64,000 bases of DNA, from positions 448,001 through 512,000 of the forward strand of contig CAVSFC010000002.1 of NCBI GenBank assembly GCA_963727255.1. Direction: 5' to 3'. A program made the translations under genes and the position numbers. Shown one piece after another: positions 31,950 through 42,812 of this stretch (within the stretch, counting starts at the first letter, position 1; the number at the start of each line of letters is the position of its first letter). Below the pieces are notes generated by a model. That model was not told the DNA's origin, did no database searches, and saw nothing but the letters and a program-made list of their open reading frames with translations. The stretch is from an uncultured bacterium. GTDB taxonomy: Bacteria > Babelota > Babeliae > Babelales > Vermiphilaceae.

Positions 31950-32620
31950 TTATTGCTGAACGAATGCGGCTTTAAAATAGAGCGGCTGTAGCTGAAAGCT
32001 CAAATCCTGCTGATGTGCCCACTTTTGCAATCCCATCTGCGCAATTTGATTAAGAGATACTGTTTGCGGATTTGGATTTAGAAATTGCGCTCGATCCCCA
32101 AACATTTCTTGAATACTCGTTTGGTGTTGTTGCAGACCATTACCCAAAAAGAGAATTGGACCGGAGGAATTTTTTGGTTTATCTGCAGTAGCAAAGATTG
32201 TGCGGATGCGCATCCGATATCTATGGTGCTTGTATCGATTTGAATGCCATAATAAAGATCATTGCCAAATGCGTTTAATATAACAACTTTATTTTTATAG
32301 GGCTCTTGTTCATATTCTTTTAGAAATGCTTCAATAGCATTGATGCCGATGAATGGCTTTTGAGTGGCAAAACTTAACCCATTAATCGTAGAAATTACTA
32401 CCCGGAGCGTTGTAAAAGGCCCGGGGCCTTGATTAGCAACAATAAATGCCAGATCTTCAAAATGGAGATTGCATTGTTTAAGCAGCTCTTGCAAAGCGAT
32501 AATACATTCTTTGCTTGCTTTGGTTTTATCAAGTTCAACGAAACCGCACGCGCTGATATCGCTGTAAATTGCCAATTGCATGCTTGTATAGGTATTTTGA
32601 ATTGCGAGATAATGGGTCAT
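31950..32620 (-). CDS. tsaB: t6A biosynthesis protein TsaB (one frameshift)
   Basis: NQGPGPFTTLRV, C-terminal LQPLY. Confidence 0.85.
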
Positions 32621-32623
32621 ATA

Positions 32624-32803
32624 CTAATGTCTATTCCGGCATTTTTGTTGTTGATAAAATATACTAAAGGTATCAAACTCGATGGATTTATCTTTTTTGA
32701 GTACAATTTTACCGCAATTGAGGCATTTCCATCCATCGAAATTTAAAAAATGATCAAAAAAGGACTGTAAAACCATCAGTCCCCCACATTTTTTACACTT
32801 CAT
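32624..32803 (-). CDS. Small zinc-ribbon protein (59 aa, absent from ORF track)
   Basis: MKCKKCGGLMVLQSFFDHFLNFDGWKCLNCGKIV...; AAGGAG RBS; stop 3 nt before tsaB start. Confidence 0.75.
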   Translation of the reverse strand: MKCKKCGGLMVLQSFFDHFLNFDGWKCLNCGKIVLKKDKSIEFDTFSIFYQQQKCRNRH

Positions 32804-33058
32804 CGGACAGCTCCTTTTTTTAGAGGGTGGTCTTTTACCGCACTTTTTTACTATAGTAAAACTATTGCCTCTGGCAAATAGTGATTATTTTCAATGCGGA
32901 ATGCTTCATTACCTTTTTTTTCTCCCGCCATACGTCCCACGCCTTTTTACATGAGTTCAGTGGCAAAAAGAATAATTTCATTAGCTTTATTGTAATGCTT
33001 TATAAAAAAAATAGTAAATTTCTTTGGTTTTTGTCAATAATGTTGGTTTAATCGTGCT

Positions 33059-33469
33059 TCATTCCATTTCAGTCGGATGTGCGAATTGCAGATAGCTTTC
33101 TAAGATAAATGCAGCGGCGATTGAGTGAGATTTAATTTTTTCTTCTTTCGTGGTTGCTTTTTTGAGTGCATCTGCCCGTTTGCTTGATAATCGCTCATCC
33201 CAGAGAATAAATTTTTTAGTGGGAAATTCTTTTTCAAGTGTTCCTTTAGCTTCTTCAACTTTTTTAGTTTGATCGCTTGCAGTGCCTTTCATGGTCCGAG
33301 GATGACCGATGATAATAGTTTCGATGGTTTCTTTTAGAAAGAGATCGCGCAAAAATGCATTTAAATTTTTGGTCTCAGTTGTCTGGTATGGTTTTGCAAA
33401 CATGCCGAGCGCATCAGAGAGGGCAGTGCCAGTCCAGACGTCCCCAATATCCAGGGCTAGTATTTTCAT
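33059..33469 (-). CDS. ruvX: YqgF/RuvX pre-16S rRNA nuclease
   Basis: ILALDIG..TG.ALSD, WDERLSS, AAAFILESYL. Confidence 0.9.
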   Translation of the reverse strand: MKILALDIGDVWTGTALSDALGMFAKPYQTTETKNLNAFLRDLFLKETIETIIIGHPRTMKGTASDQTKKVEEAKGTLEKEFPTKKFILWDERLSSKRADALKKATTKEEKIKSHSIAAAFILESYLQFAHPTEME

Positions 33470-33559
33470 ATAAATTCCCCATATTAAATTCTTTTAGTTT
33501 CAGTATACTCGATATTCATGTGCGGCGCACATGATCCTCGAAGACCCGGCGGGTGCTCC

Positions 33560-33830
33560 TTTGGATCCCTCGACTAATGCTCCCAGCCTGCGCATAAAGC
33601 TTCGGCGGGCACGCGGGAGTAAACGCATCCTTGCGCTCGTCCTGAGTAGAAATCCAAGATTTCGCATCGAAGGATGGCGGGCAGGCGCATCTGAATAATG
33701 CTCCTCAGGATGAGAGGGAGAGAAGAATAATTTTGAAAGACCCTTCGATACGTTCCTGCGGAACACTCAGGGCGAACGGCGCTCCCCTCCGTTCGTGGTG
33801 AGTAGAACTCGAAGAGTTCGTATCGAAACA
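33560..33830. repeat. Composite REP-like cluster (families A and B)
   Basis: Units at 33588-33613 (B), 33633-33675, 33685-33717, 33740-33779 and 33789-33830 (A). Confidence 0.8.
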
Positions 33831-33850
33831 TATTTTTAAAGGTAAATCCT

Positions 33851-35191
33851 ATGAATGCCATTATTTCTCAAGCTGGATCATTGGTAAATGTGATTATGGG
33901 CTGGCCAATTATTTGCTTTGTTATTGGTGTTAGTATCATTGTTACTCTCTCACTTGGATTTATTCAGTTGCGTTATTTCTTCGCGGCATGGAAATATACT
34001 TTTACTCCCTCAGAATCAGTGGGCAAATCTGATATGAGCCCTTTTCAGGCATTTATCAATACCCTCAATGTGAGTATTGGTAATGGAAGTTTGGCAGGGA
34101 TGGCAACTGCTATCTATTCAGGTGGGCCAGGAGCTGCTCTTTGGATCATTATTATTACTTTATTATTAATGGCTGTCCGTTATTCAGAAGTATATCTGAG
34201 TACCCATTATGCTGAATATGCGCCAAAAAATACCAAGATTGGCGGGCCCATGCTCTATCTTAAAGAGATTAAGGGCGGCAATATTCTTTCATGGCTTTAT
34301 GCGGCATTTTGCGTTTTCTTTGGCTTGATCGCCGGCAGCGCAATGCAGGCAAATTCAATCAGCTTAAGTATGAAGACCGCATGGGAAATCCCATTAATGG
34401 TAACGGCAGTGATTCTTACCGCTTTTGTTTTTTATGCCATTATCGGCGGCGCTCAACGGATTGTAAAATTTTCTGAGACAATTGTGCCGCTCAAAGTTGG
34501 TCTCTTTTTCATCTCAGCATTAATTATTCTTCTCTATCATTATCAAGCTATTATTCCTGCGCTAAAACTTATTCTTGCAAGTGGTTTAAATCTAAAGGCA
34601 TTTGGCGGGGCGGCGCTTGGTTATACCATGCAAGAGGCGATGCGCTATGGCATTCTGCGTTCAATTAATGCCACAGAATCAGGGCTTGGTACTGCTGCAA
34701 TTCTTTTTGGAGCTACAGGCAGCAAACACCCGGTGCGCGATGGTATCATGTCAATGGCTTCAACATTGGTAAGTGCCTTTGTCTGCTTTTTAGTTGCACT
34801 GTGCATTGTGGCGAGTGGTGTTTGGAACTCGGGGCAAACCAGCACCGCATTAACGATTGCGGCATATAATACGGTATTTGGAAGCATTGGTGGTTGGATG
34901 GTTGCCTTATTATCAACCGCATTTGGTATCGGCGTTTTAGTTTCATATGCCTATATTACCAAAGCTGCGTGGGATACCATCACCAAAAATCGATTTACTT
35001 ATTTATTTATTGCTGTTTATTGCGCATGCGCATTTTTTGGTGCATATACGAGCAGAGTAACTTCATTATGGGCAGCGGTTGATCTTTCGCTTGCCTGCAT
35101 GGTGAGTATCAATTTGATTGGGATTGTATGCTTATTGCCGCAGCTCAGAAAAGGCTTGCAATCATATAAAAATATTTTACACGAGAAATAA
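33851..35191 (+). CDS. Alanine/glycine:cation symporter (AGCS family)
   Basis: SPFQAF, GNGSLAGMATAIYSGGPGAALW, GGPM.Y, ESGLGTA. Confidence 0.9.
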   Translation: MNAIISQAGSLVNVIMGWPIICFVIGVSIIVTLSLGFIQLRYFFAAWKYTFTPSESVGKSDMSPFQAFINTLNVSIGNGSLAGMATAIYSGGPGAALWIIIITLLLMAVRYSEVYLSTHYAEYAPKNTKIGGPMLYLKEIKGGNILSWLYAAFCVFFGLIAGSAMQANSISLSMKTAWEIPLMVTAVILTAFVFYAIIGGAQRIVKFSETIVPLKVGLFFISALIILLYHYQAIIPALKLILASGLNLKAFGGAALGYTMQEAMRYGILRSINATESGLGTAAILFGATGSKHPVRDGIMSMASTLVSAFVCFLVALCIVASGVWNSGQTSTALTIAAYNTVFGSIGGWMVALLSTAFGIGVLVSYAYITKAAWDTITKNRFTYLFIAVYCACAFFGAYTSRVTSLWAAVDLSLACMVSINLIGIVCLLPQLRKGLQSYKNILHEK

Positions 35192-35192
35192 T

Positions 35193-36038
35193 TCATTCAA
35201 GTTTAGTATTTTTATATTTCGCTAAAAGTTCTTGTGCTCCAGGAATGTTAGCAGCATAATCATTAGGAGTATTATTAAGATAATCCTTAATTGTTAGCGA
35301 TGATCGAATATCATATTGCAATAGTGCAGCAATGCTTCTCAAACTTTTTACTTTCAGGGCCAGGTTGAGCGCAGTATCATTGTATTTTGGTTCAACCATA
35401 TTTGGTTCAATATTCTTCTGGCCGCATAAATAATTAATAATTTTGACTGCTCCGAATTCAGCCGCCTTATGCAATGGAATAAATAGCTTTTCTAAAAGGC
35501 ATTTTGCAGTAAGTATTTCTGCGGTTGGTTTATTCTTATCTAATGGAAATGGGGAATAAATATATTTATTTTGAATTTCATCCCAAGTGATATGGCCTTC
35601 ATGCTGCAATATATCGAAGTGTTTTTTTGATTCCTCCTCGCTTAGATCACAATAAACGTAAGGTTTATTTCCTATAAAATTCGGATGTTCAACTATTTTG
35701 CCATGATTTCGGATGGTGAGATCATTAGCCATTAAAAAGCTTGATACTGGAACGGGCGTACAATTTTCATCGTCAGGAGATGCGATAAACAAATAGTGCT
35801 GCTGCTCATCATCCCATCGAATTTTTTTTTCATTCTTCAACTGCTTAAAAATCTTGTAATTATTATTTTCAATAACATCGAGCGCGAATTTTCCTTCTTC
35901 CGTGTATGTTTTAAAGCACTCGAGATTATCATTTAGAATAGCATTTTCTATATATGGCTCGAGATTCGGCGTCTCCATCGCAAGCAATGATGTCGATACA
36001 AAAGCGAGGCATAAATAAACCAATTTCTTTTTATTCAT
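35193..36038 (-). CDS. Exported ankyrin-repeat protein
   Basis: Signal ...LLAMET; PLHKAAEFG, DTALNLA, TPNDYA. Confidence 0.7.
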   Translation of the reverse strand: MNKKKLVYLCLAFVSTSLLAMETPNLEPYIENAILNDNLECFKTYTEEGKFALDVIENNNYKIFKQLKNEKKIRWDDEQQHYLFIASPDDENCTPVPVSSFLMANDLTIRNHGKIVEHPNFIGNKPYVYCDLSEEESKKHFDILQHEGHITWDEIQNKYIYSPFPLDKNKPTAEILTAKCLLEKLFIPLHKAAEFGAVKIINYLCGQKNIEPNMVEPKYNDTALNLALKVKSLRSIAALLQYDIRSSLTIKDYLNNTPNDYAANIPGAQELLAKYKNTKLE

Positions 36039-36129
36039 ACGTACAAACCTTTACATATACTGTTATGATTTAAAAAAAATGGCATACTAAGGTGCAATAA
36101 AATTACGGTATTATTGTAGAAAAAGTTTT

Positions 36130-37551
36130 ATGAATAAACAAATAACGTTTCCAACACTTTGGCCGGTGAGCTGTCATACCAATACAATTGGCAAAAATTC
36201 AACATTTGTCGCAATCAAAGGCCAAAAGCAAGATGGCATTAATTTTATACCACTCGCATTGCAAAAAGGCGCTACCACGATTGTTGCGGAGCATACTGCC
36301 GATATCCCTTCAGAAATTCTTAAAGAAATTGAGTTGGCCCAGGCGCATTTGGAATTTGTGCCCGATGCGCGGCGTGCTCTCGCGTTCCGTGCGGCAAAAG
36401 CATGGAATTATCCGGCAAAGAAACTCAAGATTATTGCCATTACCGGCACCAAGGGCAAAACAACCACTGCCTGGCTTTTGCATCATATTCTTGATAGTGC
36501 CGGAAATAAAGCTGCATTGCTTTCATCAGTAAAAAATAAAATTGGTCAACAAGAGTTTACCACTGAGCTTACGACGCAGCATCCTGATTATCTTCATGCT
36601 TTTTTTCACGCATGTGTGAATGCTGATATGGAATATGTGGTCATGGAAGTTGCTGCACAGGCGTTATCGCTTCATCGCACTGCGGGATTAGAATTTGATG
36701 GCATCATCTTTACCAATTTTGCGCAGGCGCATGGTGAATTTTATTCATCTGTTGAAGAATATTATGCAGCAAAGGTTGCGATTTTTAAGCAGGTAAAGAC
36801 TGGAGTTCCGATGGTTATCAATGCTGATGATGCCAAGGGAGCCGAGCTTTTAAAAGAATTTTGCGCCATTGGATTTGGAGCAAGCGCAGCAATCAAAATG
36901 CAAAACAGTAAGAGCGATGTTAATGGAATAGAAGCGATTATTTCATTTAGCTCTCAAAGCTTTTCTTTTAAATGCCCGGCTCTTATAGGTGATTTTAATC
37001 TATATAATATTTTGGCCGCGAGTGGCATGGCATTACAATTAGGCATTCCACGCGAAAGTATTGCACATGCCTTGCACCGTTTTAAAGGGGTACCAGGCCG
37101 TTTAGAACGTTATGATCTATCTAACGGTGCCGTTTGTTTTATTGATCATGCTCATAATCCTCTTTCATTTAATGCAGTGCTCCCATTATTGCGTTCGCTC
37201 ACCGATCATTTGATTCTAGTCGCAGGCGCTGGCGGCGATCGGGATGCGCAAATGCGGCCGATACTTGGCCAGTTAATGGCTGAATATGCAGATCATGTTT
37301 TTATTACGACCGATAATCCGCGCTCAGAAAATCCTGCCGATATTATTGCAGCAATCTATGCAGGAGTTCCTGCTGATAAAAAAGATAAAGTAATTTGCGA
37401 GCTGGATCGAGAAGTAGCAATAAAGAAAGCGGTTGAACTATCGCGAGCGAAATCTATTATTGCTTTGCTGGGCAAAGGGCCTGAGCAGTATCAAATTATT
37501 GGCACGCATAAAATACCGTTTAGTGAAAAGAATATTTTATTAAGACTGTGA
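36130..37551 (+). CDS. murE: UDP-MurNAc-tripeptide synthetase
   Basis: ITGTKGKTT, VPGRLE, GAGGDRD, DNPRSE (meso-DAP-type motif), LGKG. Confidence 0.95.
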   Translation: MNKQITFPTLWPVSCHTNTIGKNSTFVAIKGQKQDGINFIPLALQKGATTIVAEHTADIPSEILKEIELAQAHLEFVPDARRALAFRAAKAWNYPAKKLKIIAITGTKGKTTTAWLLHHILDSAGNKAALLSSVKNKIGQQEFTTELTTQHPDYLHAFFHACVNADMEYVVMEVAAQALSLHRTAGLEFDGIIFTNFAQAHGEFYSSVEEYYAAKVAIFKQVKTGVPMVINADDAKGAELLKEFCAIGFGASAAIKMQNSKSDVNGIEAIISFSSQSFSFKCPALIGDFNLYNILAASGMALQLGIPRESIAHALHRFKGVPGRLERYDLSNGAVCFIDHAHNPLSFNAVLPLLRSLTDHLILVAGAGGDRDAQMRPILGQLMAEYADHVFITTDNPRSENPADIIAAIYAGVPADKKDKVICELDREVAIKKAVELSRAKSIIALLGKGPEQYQIIGTHKIPFSEKNILLRL

Positions 37552-37761
37552 TTGCTTAATTTCAACTATAAAGTTTTTGTGGCGACTTCTGCTCACGCTG
37601 GAAGCGCAATAAAAGCTATGAATAAAAATTTACTTTGCACTTGCGCGAACCTTCCTGGCATCCGTTGTTTTTGATAAATCTATAAATGCTTGTCGAGCTG
37701 CTAATTTTTTTCTAGCATCAAAACGGTATGCCTTATTGTCCTTTTAAAGAAGGAATTTAGT

Positions 37762-38097
37762 ATGAAAAAGATAATAAGCATAATGTTGGTAGCATTTGTT
37801 TGGCTTGCTCCAGATTTTGCAATGGAGAAAAACGCCAAAATCCTGGCAGCCGTAAAAGAACCAGCTCCAAGTAAAAAAAATAAGAAGACTTTTTTTGGAT
37901 TATTTATCAGTTGTATGGCAAAGAATCCAGATGCCTTAAAGCCAGGCGGATCCGGGGTATCAAAAAAATCACGCAAAAAGCGAAAAGAAGAATACCCCAC
38001 CTTTTTTGAATTTCTCAAACAGCAGGATGAGCAAACAACTACTTTGAAGGATCCCAAGATAAAAAGTGATAAATATCCAAACTCAGATAATTATTAA
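37762..38097 (+). CDS. Small exported basic protein
   Basis: Signal ...DFAMEK; KKSRKKRK. Confidence 0.55.
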   Translation: MKKIISIMLVAFVWLAPDFAMEKNAKILAAVKEPAPSKKNKKTFFGLFISCMAKNPDALKPGGSGVSKKSRKKRKEEYPTFFEFLKQQDEQTTTLKDPKIKSDKYPNSDNY

Positions 38098-38189
38098 AGG
38101 AGCTAATTTTTGACAAATTAGAGCACTTTGGGTACATTATAATTCTGTTTCACAGATAAAACCCATTAGTTTTCTTTTTTGGAGATTTC

Positions 38190-40176
38190 ATGGAAATATT
38201 CCAGTTTTTTGTTATTGCTTTAGCAACTTCTCTTTTGGGGCTGGCCGTTGTGGCTGCTTTGCTGATTAAAATACGGAGTATTTCTGTTGATAATGCCAAA
38301 GCAAGTGAAATTGCTGCTGCTATTCGTGGCGGCGCTATGACTTTCTTGCGTGAAGAATATCAAATTATTGCAATAGTGGTTGCCTTGGTTACTCTATTGC
38401 TCGGCGTTTTTGTGAGCCTTGACTTCAGCGCAGGCTGCTTTATTTTTGGCGCCGTTCTTTCTATGAGTGCCGGTTATATTGGCATGAATGCGGCAACTGA
38501 TGCGAATGTGCGAACCACTATGGCAGCTAAAGATAAAGGTGAGCACGCTGCATTTTCAGTTGCATTTTTTGGTGGCGGGGTGATGGGTTTTGCCGTTGCA
38601 GCTTTTGGTCTTATTGGTCTTGGACTTTTATTTTATTTATTTGTTGAATCACCCAGATTTTGCATTATTAATTACCAGTTTTGGCATTGGGGCAAGCTTA
38701 GTTGCATTTTTTGCGCGTGTTGGCGGTGGTATTTATACCAAATCTGCTGACGTTGGTGCAGATTTAGTGGGTAAAATTGAAGCAGGATATTCCTGAAGAT
38801 GATCCACGTAATCCTGCAGTTATTGCTGATAACGTTGGTGATTGCGTTGGCGATACTGCCGGTATGGGTGCAGATATTTATGAATCATATGTTGGTGCAA
38901 TGGTTGCTTCTATTATTTTGGGTATTGAAACCTATGGTACCAATCTTAATGTATATTACTTTCCCGGTTATGTTAGCAGCATTTGGTCTGATTGGTTCAG
39001 TTGCTGGGCTTGCATCAAATTTAGTATTGCGTCTTGAACCTGCAGCAATGTTGCGTAATGCAACTTATATTGCAATCGGATTCTTCTTAATTGCTATCAC
39101 TATGTCTATATTGCATATACCGGTATTGATCATGGCACTCTTTATTTCAATTGTTCTTGGATGTGTTTCAGGAATTATTATTGGTTTAATTACTGAATAT
39201 TATACCGGTGGCTCACCGGTGAGAAAAATTGCAGAAAGTTCTCGTTCTGGTGCAGCAACCAATATTATTTATGGTCTTTCAGTTGGTATGGAATCAACGG
39301 TTGCCGGTAATTATCTTATCGTTCATTGTATTACTTGCTCATTTTTATGGCGGTGGACTTATTTGGTGTTTCAATTGCAGCAGTTGCAATGCTTGCAACC
39401 GTTGGTATTACCATGACCGTTGATGCATATGGCCCAATTGCTGATAATGCTGGCGGCATTGCAGAAATGGCAGGCTTTGGTGAATCAGTGCGAGAAATTA
39501 CTGATAAATTAGATGCGCTTGGTAATACAACTGCAGCAATGGGTAAAGGATTTGCAATTGGTTCAGCATTATTAACAGCGCTTGCAATGTTCTCTGCATA
39601 TTCACAAGAAGCTCATTTCGATGCATTAATATTCTAGATCCATATGTCTTGGTTGGTATGTTTATTGGTGGCACTATGCCATTTTTAATTATCTGCATTA
39701 ACTATGCGTTCAGTTGGTGAATGCTGCACTTAAAATGGTGATGGAAGTTCGTCGTCAATTTAAAGAAATTCCTGGCCTTATGGAAGGCACAGCAAAACCT
39801 GATTATAATCGTTGTATTGCAATCAGTACAAAAGCTGCATTGCATGAAATGATTTTCCCGGTCGTTATTACCGTATCATTGCCAATTATTGTTCGTTTTA
39901 CGCTTGGGCAAAGCAGCGCTTGGCGGCTTGCTTGGTTGGCGCAACAGTGGTTGGTGTATTACTTGCGCTTATGATGGCAAATGGTGGCGGTGCATGGGAT
40001 AATGCTAAAAAATATATTGAAGCAGGTCATTTTGGTGGTAAAGGATCTGATGCGCATAAAGCTGCCGTTCATTGGCGATACGGTGGGCGATCCATTCAAA
40101 GATACATCTGGCCCTAGCACTTAATATTTTGATTAAGTTAATGTCGGTAATTTCATTGCTATTGGTATTGATTTAA
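38190..40176 (+). CDS. hppA: Membrane-bound ion-pumping pyrophosphatase, K+-dependent signature (many frameshifts)
   Basis: [55 protein letters not shown]. Confidence 0.93.
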
Positions 40177-40181
40177 AGCCA

Positions 40182-40637
40182 ATGAAGAAGTTATTCTTCA
40201 TATTAGTTTGCAACGCACTTTTTGCGAGCGCAATGGACAGCAAATCTTGCGGAGTAAAAATTTTCCTTATGCCTGTTCCAAAGGATGTCGAACTAATTAG
40301 TGGAATGATAGTTCCCTATGATGAAGTAACTAAAGTTATGGCGAATCTTAAAGCTTTGGACGAAGATCAAAGATTTGACTATATCAGCAAATATTGGTTA
40401 TTTTGTGAATTAGAAGAGCATATAGATTGTATGCAATCTCCACGATATCCTAATCATGTATTTTTTGATTTTGATATACCTATTTTAAAAGAGAAAAGTC
40501 TCATAGATCTCGAGCACTCCATATCGCAAATCACTGCTCATGTTATACGATCTGCGGTTAGAACGAATAATGAATTGCGAAAGGTTATTATCCAGAATCC
40601 GGTAAGAAAAATTCTTTCGTATAAAGATTTGCCATGA
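40182..40637 (+). CDS. Exported hypothetical protein (paralog 1)
   Basis: Signal ...ASAMDS; similar to next ORF. Confidence 0.6.
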   Translation: MKKLFFILVCNALFASAMDSKSCGVKIFLMPVPKDVELISGMIVPYDEVTKVMANLKALDEDQRFDYISKYWLFCELEEHIDCMQSPRYPNHVFFDFDIPILKEKSLIDLEHSISQITAHVIRSAVRTNNELRKVIIQNPVRKILSYKDLP

Positions 40638-41113
40638 ATAAAATAATTTTTTCATTTCTGTGCGGTTCTATAATTCCTGCCTTTGGTATGGATAGTAATC
40701 CAGGATCTATAGTATCCGCTCCCAAAATGGTGGAATTAAAAAATGGTGTTCTAGTTCCCTTCGATGAAGTAACTCGAGTGACGGAAAATCTCAAGGCTTT
40801 GGCCAAAGATGAAAGGCTGGCCACGGGCACTAAATTTACGTTATTCTGCGCATTAAGAGCAAGAGCCTTGATGGCTAATTTTACATTTGCTGATTGGTCC
40901 AGAGACATTTTACAGGAGAGAAATCTCATTTTAAGAGCAAGAGCATTGATGGCTCATTTTACATTTGCTGATTGGTCGAGAGACGTTTTAGAGGAGAGAA
41001 ATTTCATTGATCCCCAAGAATCCATGACCGCATCGGTTGCTAACATTATAAAATGTTCAGTTAGGATAATAGGAGATGAATTTACTGTTGAAGATCCAGT
41101 AGTAATTACTTAA
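40634..41113 (+). CDS. Exported hypothetical protein (paralog 2)
   Basis: Signal ...AFGMDS; VPFDEVT..NLKAL shared with paralog 1. Confidence 0.6.
   Translation: MNKIIFSFLCGSIIPAFGMDSNPGSIVSAPKMVELKNGVLVPFDEVTRVTENLKALAKDERLATGTKFTLFCALRARALMANFTFADWSRDILQERNLILRARALMAHFTFADWSRDVLEERNFIDPQESMTASVANIIKCSVRIIGDEFTVEDPVVIT
40853..41008 (+). repeat. 78-bp in-frame tandem duplication
   Basis: TTAAGAGCAAGAGC..GGAGAGAAAT(C/T)TCATT twice. Confidence 0.9.
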
Positions 41114-41150
41114 TTTAACACACATAAAGTTTTTCTTTCGAAAGTATAAT

Positions 41151-41345
41151 GAAGCGCCCACCGGCTTAAAAGCCGGTGTATCGCGCGGAATTCGCCAAAG
41201 CCTTATCCAGCCTACGTTTATACGGGCCTTTCCTACTACGCTAAAGCTACGAAGGACAGGCCGGCTCGGCAAACTTCGGCGGATATTCTCCCGCCATTCA
41301 TCCCAGGCTTAAAAAGCCTTGGGGTTTTCTGGCGTCGGAGAATAA
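41151..41345. mobile_element. Non-autonomous IS200/IS605-like remnant with nested family-B repeats
   Basis: Hairpins CACCGGCTTAAAAGCCGGTG and TTCATCCCAGGCTTAAAAAGCCTTGGGGTTTTCT; no transposase. Confidence 0.5.
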
Positions 41346-41477
41346 AAGAAAAAAACACAAGTCCAATTTATTTTTTTAATGATTATTAGAAATTTCTTGC
41401 AATATAAATTTCAACCTTGTTAATCTTACCTATGAACTAGATTAGGGCAAAAGTGAGTAGGAGTAAGGGGGCCAGCA

Positions 41478-42797
41478 ATGGACAAGGGAAAAAATTGCAA
41501 AAAGACGTATATTATTTCATTTTTGCGAGTATTCTTTGTTCTTTTTGTTGCATTGGTATTACCTCGTTTCTTTTTTCATGATGAAAAAGCAATTTTAGTT
41601 TTAAATAATGGGGATCCGCAGAATCCAACATTTCTCATTTTAAACTCGGTTTAGAAAATATTTCAGCGGAATTTTTGCGGAGCTTGAGCAGCAAAGGCAG
41701 TATCGATGGATATACCGTTGGGCTTATAACCAATCATAGCGGTTTGGATCAGCAGCGGGAACCGGAATATTGATATTCTTCTTTCCAAGGGCCTTCGGCT
41801 CAAAAAAATTTATATTCCAGAAGATGATTTTTATACGTATAAAAAAGGGATCAATTGGGAAATGATTGATGATCATACGCATATTCCTCTTGTATTATTG
41901 CCCCATATTGATTCATTAAAAAAATCAAAAGAATATTCATTTAAAGATGTGGACGTGCTATTTTTTGATTTGCAAGACAATGGCATAAGTCCAAGTTCTC
42001 ATTTAGCAACGTTGGTTAAAGCGTTGCAAAGCGCAGCTTCGCAAAATAAAACAATTGTGGTTCTTGATCGGCCCAATATGATGGGCTCATCAATGGAAGG
42101 AGCGCTGACTGGCGGTGGGCCAGCAGAGGAGCTTCTTTCTATTCCTATGCGCCATGGCATGACATTTGGCGAGCTCGCGCGATATTGCAATACTACCGTG
42201 CTGAGCCAATCGGCGCGATTATTTGTGGTGCCGATGCAAGATTATAAACGTGTTTCTTTAGATGATGCAATGGCAACCACGCATCCTTCTCTTTTTACAA
42301 ATATTGATGCATATTATGGATCAAGTTTTTTAACTATATTGAGTTCAGTGGGGCCATTTGATATTGGTATAGGTACTGATATGGCATTTCAATGTTTGGC
42401 ATTGCCAGAAAGTTTGCGATTTCCAAAACAAAAATGGTTTGAATTGCGCACCGTTCTCAAGCAGCAAGGAATTGAAACATCATGGTACCGGTATCCGAAT
42501 GCAAAAAAGCAAGCTACTTTTGCCGGATTGCGGTTGATGGTGCGAAATATTGATCAATTTTCACCATTTGCAACAATAGTAACAATTCTGCATTTCTTTA
42601 AAGATGCAGGAATAAAGCTTACCTATTCATCAGAATTCGATCGTGCATTTGGCGGAAAAAAAGTTCGAGATTTTTTAGATGGTAAATTTTCACGCCATGA
42701 TTTAGAACATGAAGTGAACAAAAATTTAAAAACGTTTTATAACAAAGCGCAGCATTCATTTATCTATAAGCCTGCACCGCGAATAGTGCTCTTATAA
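41478..42797 (+). CDS. DUF1343/NamZ-like protein, divergent copy (frameshifted)
   Basis: GLITNHSG, FDLQDNG, VLDRPN..G..MEG, IPMRHGMTFGELA. Confidence 0.8.
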
Positions 42798-42812
42798 AAA
42801 AGGGGAAGAGCA

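Noticed and set aside
33560..33830. CRISPR array
   Set aside because: Units are inverted, variable and irregularly spaced; no cas genes.
33500..33861. ORFs 33500..33766 and 33574..33861
   Set aside because: Shadow ORFs of GC-rich repeats with no protein motifs.
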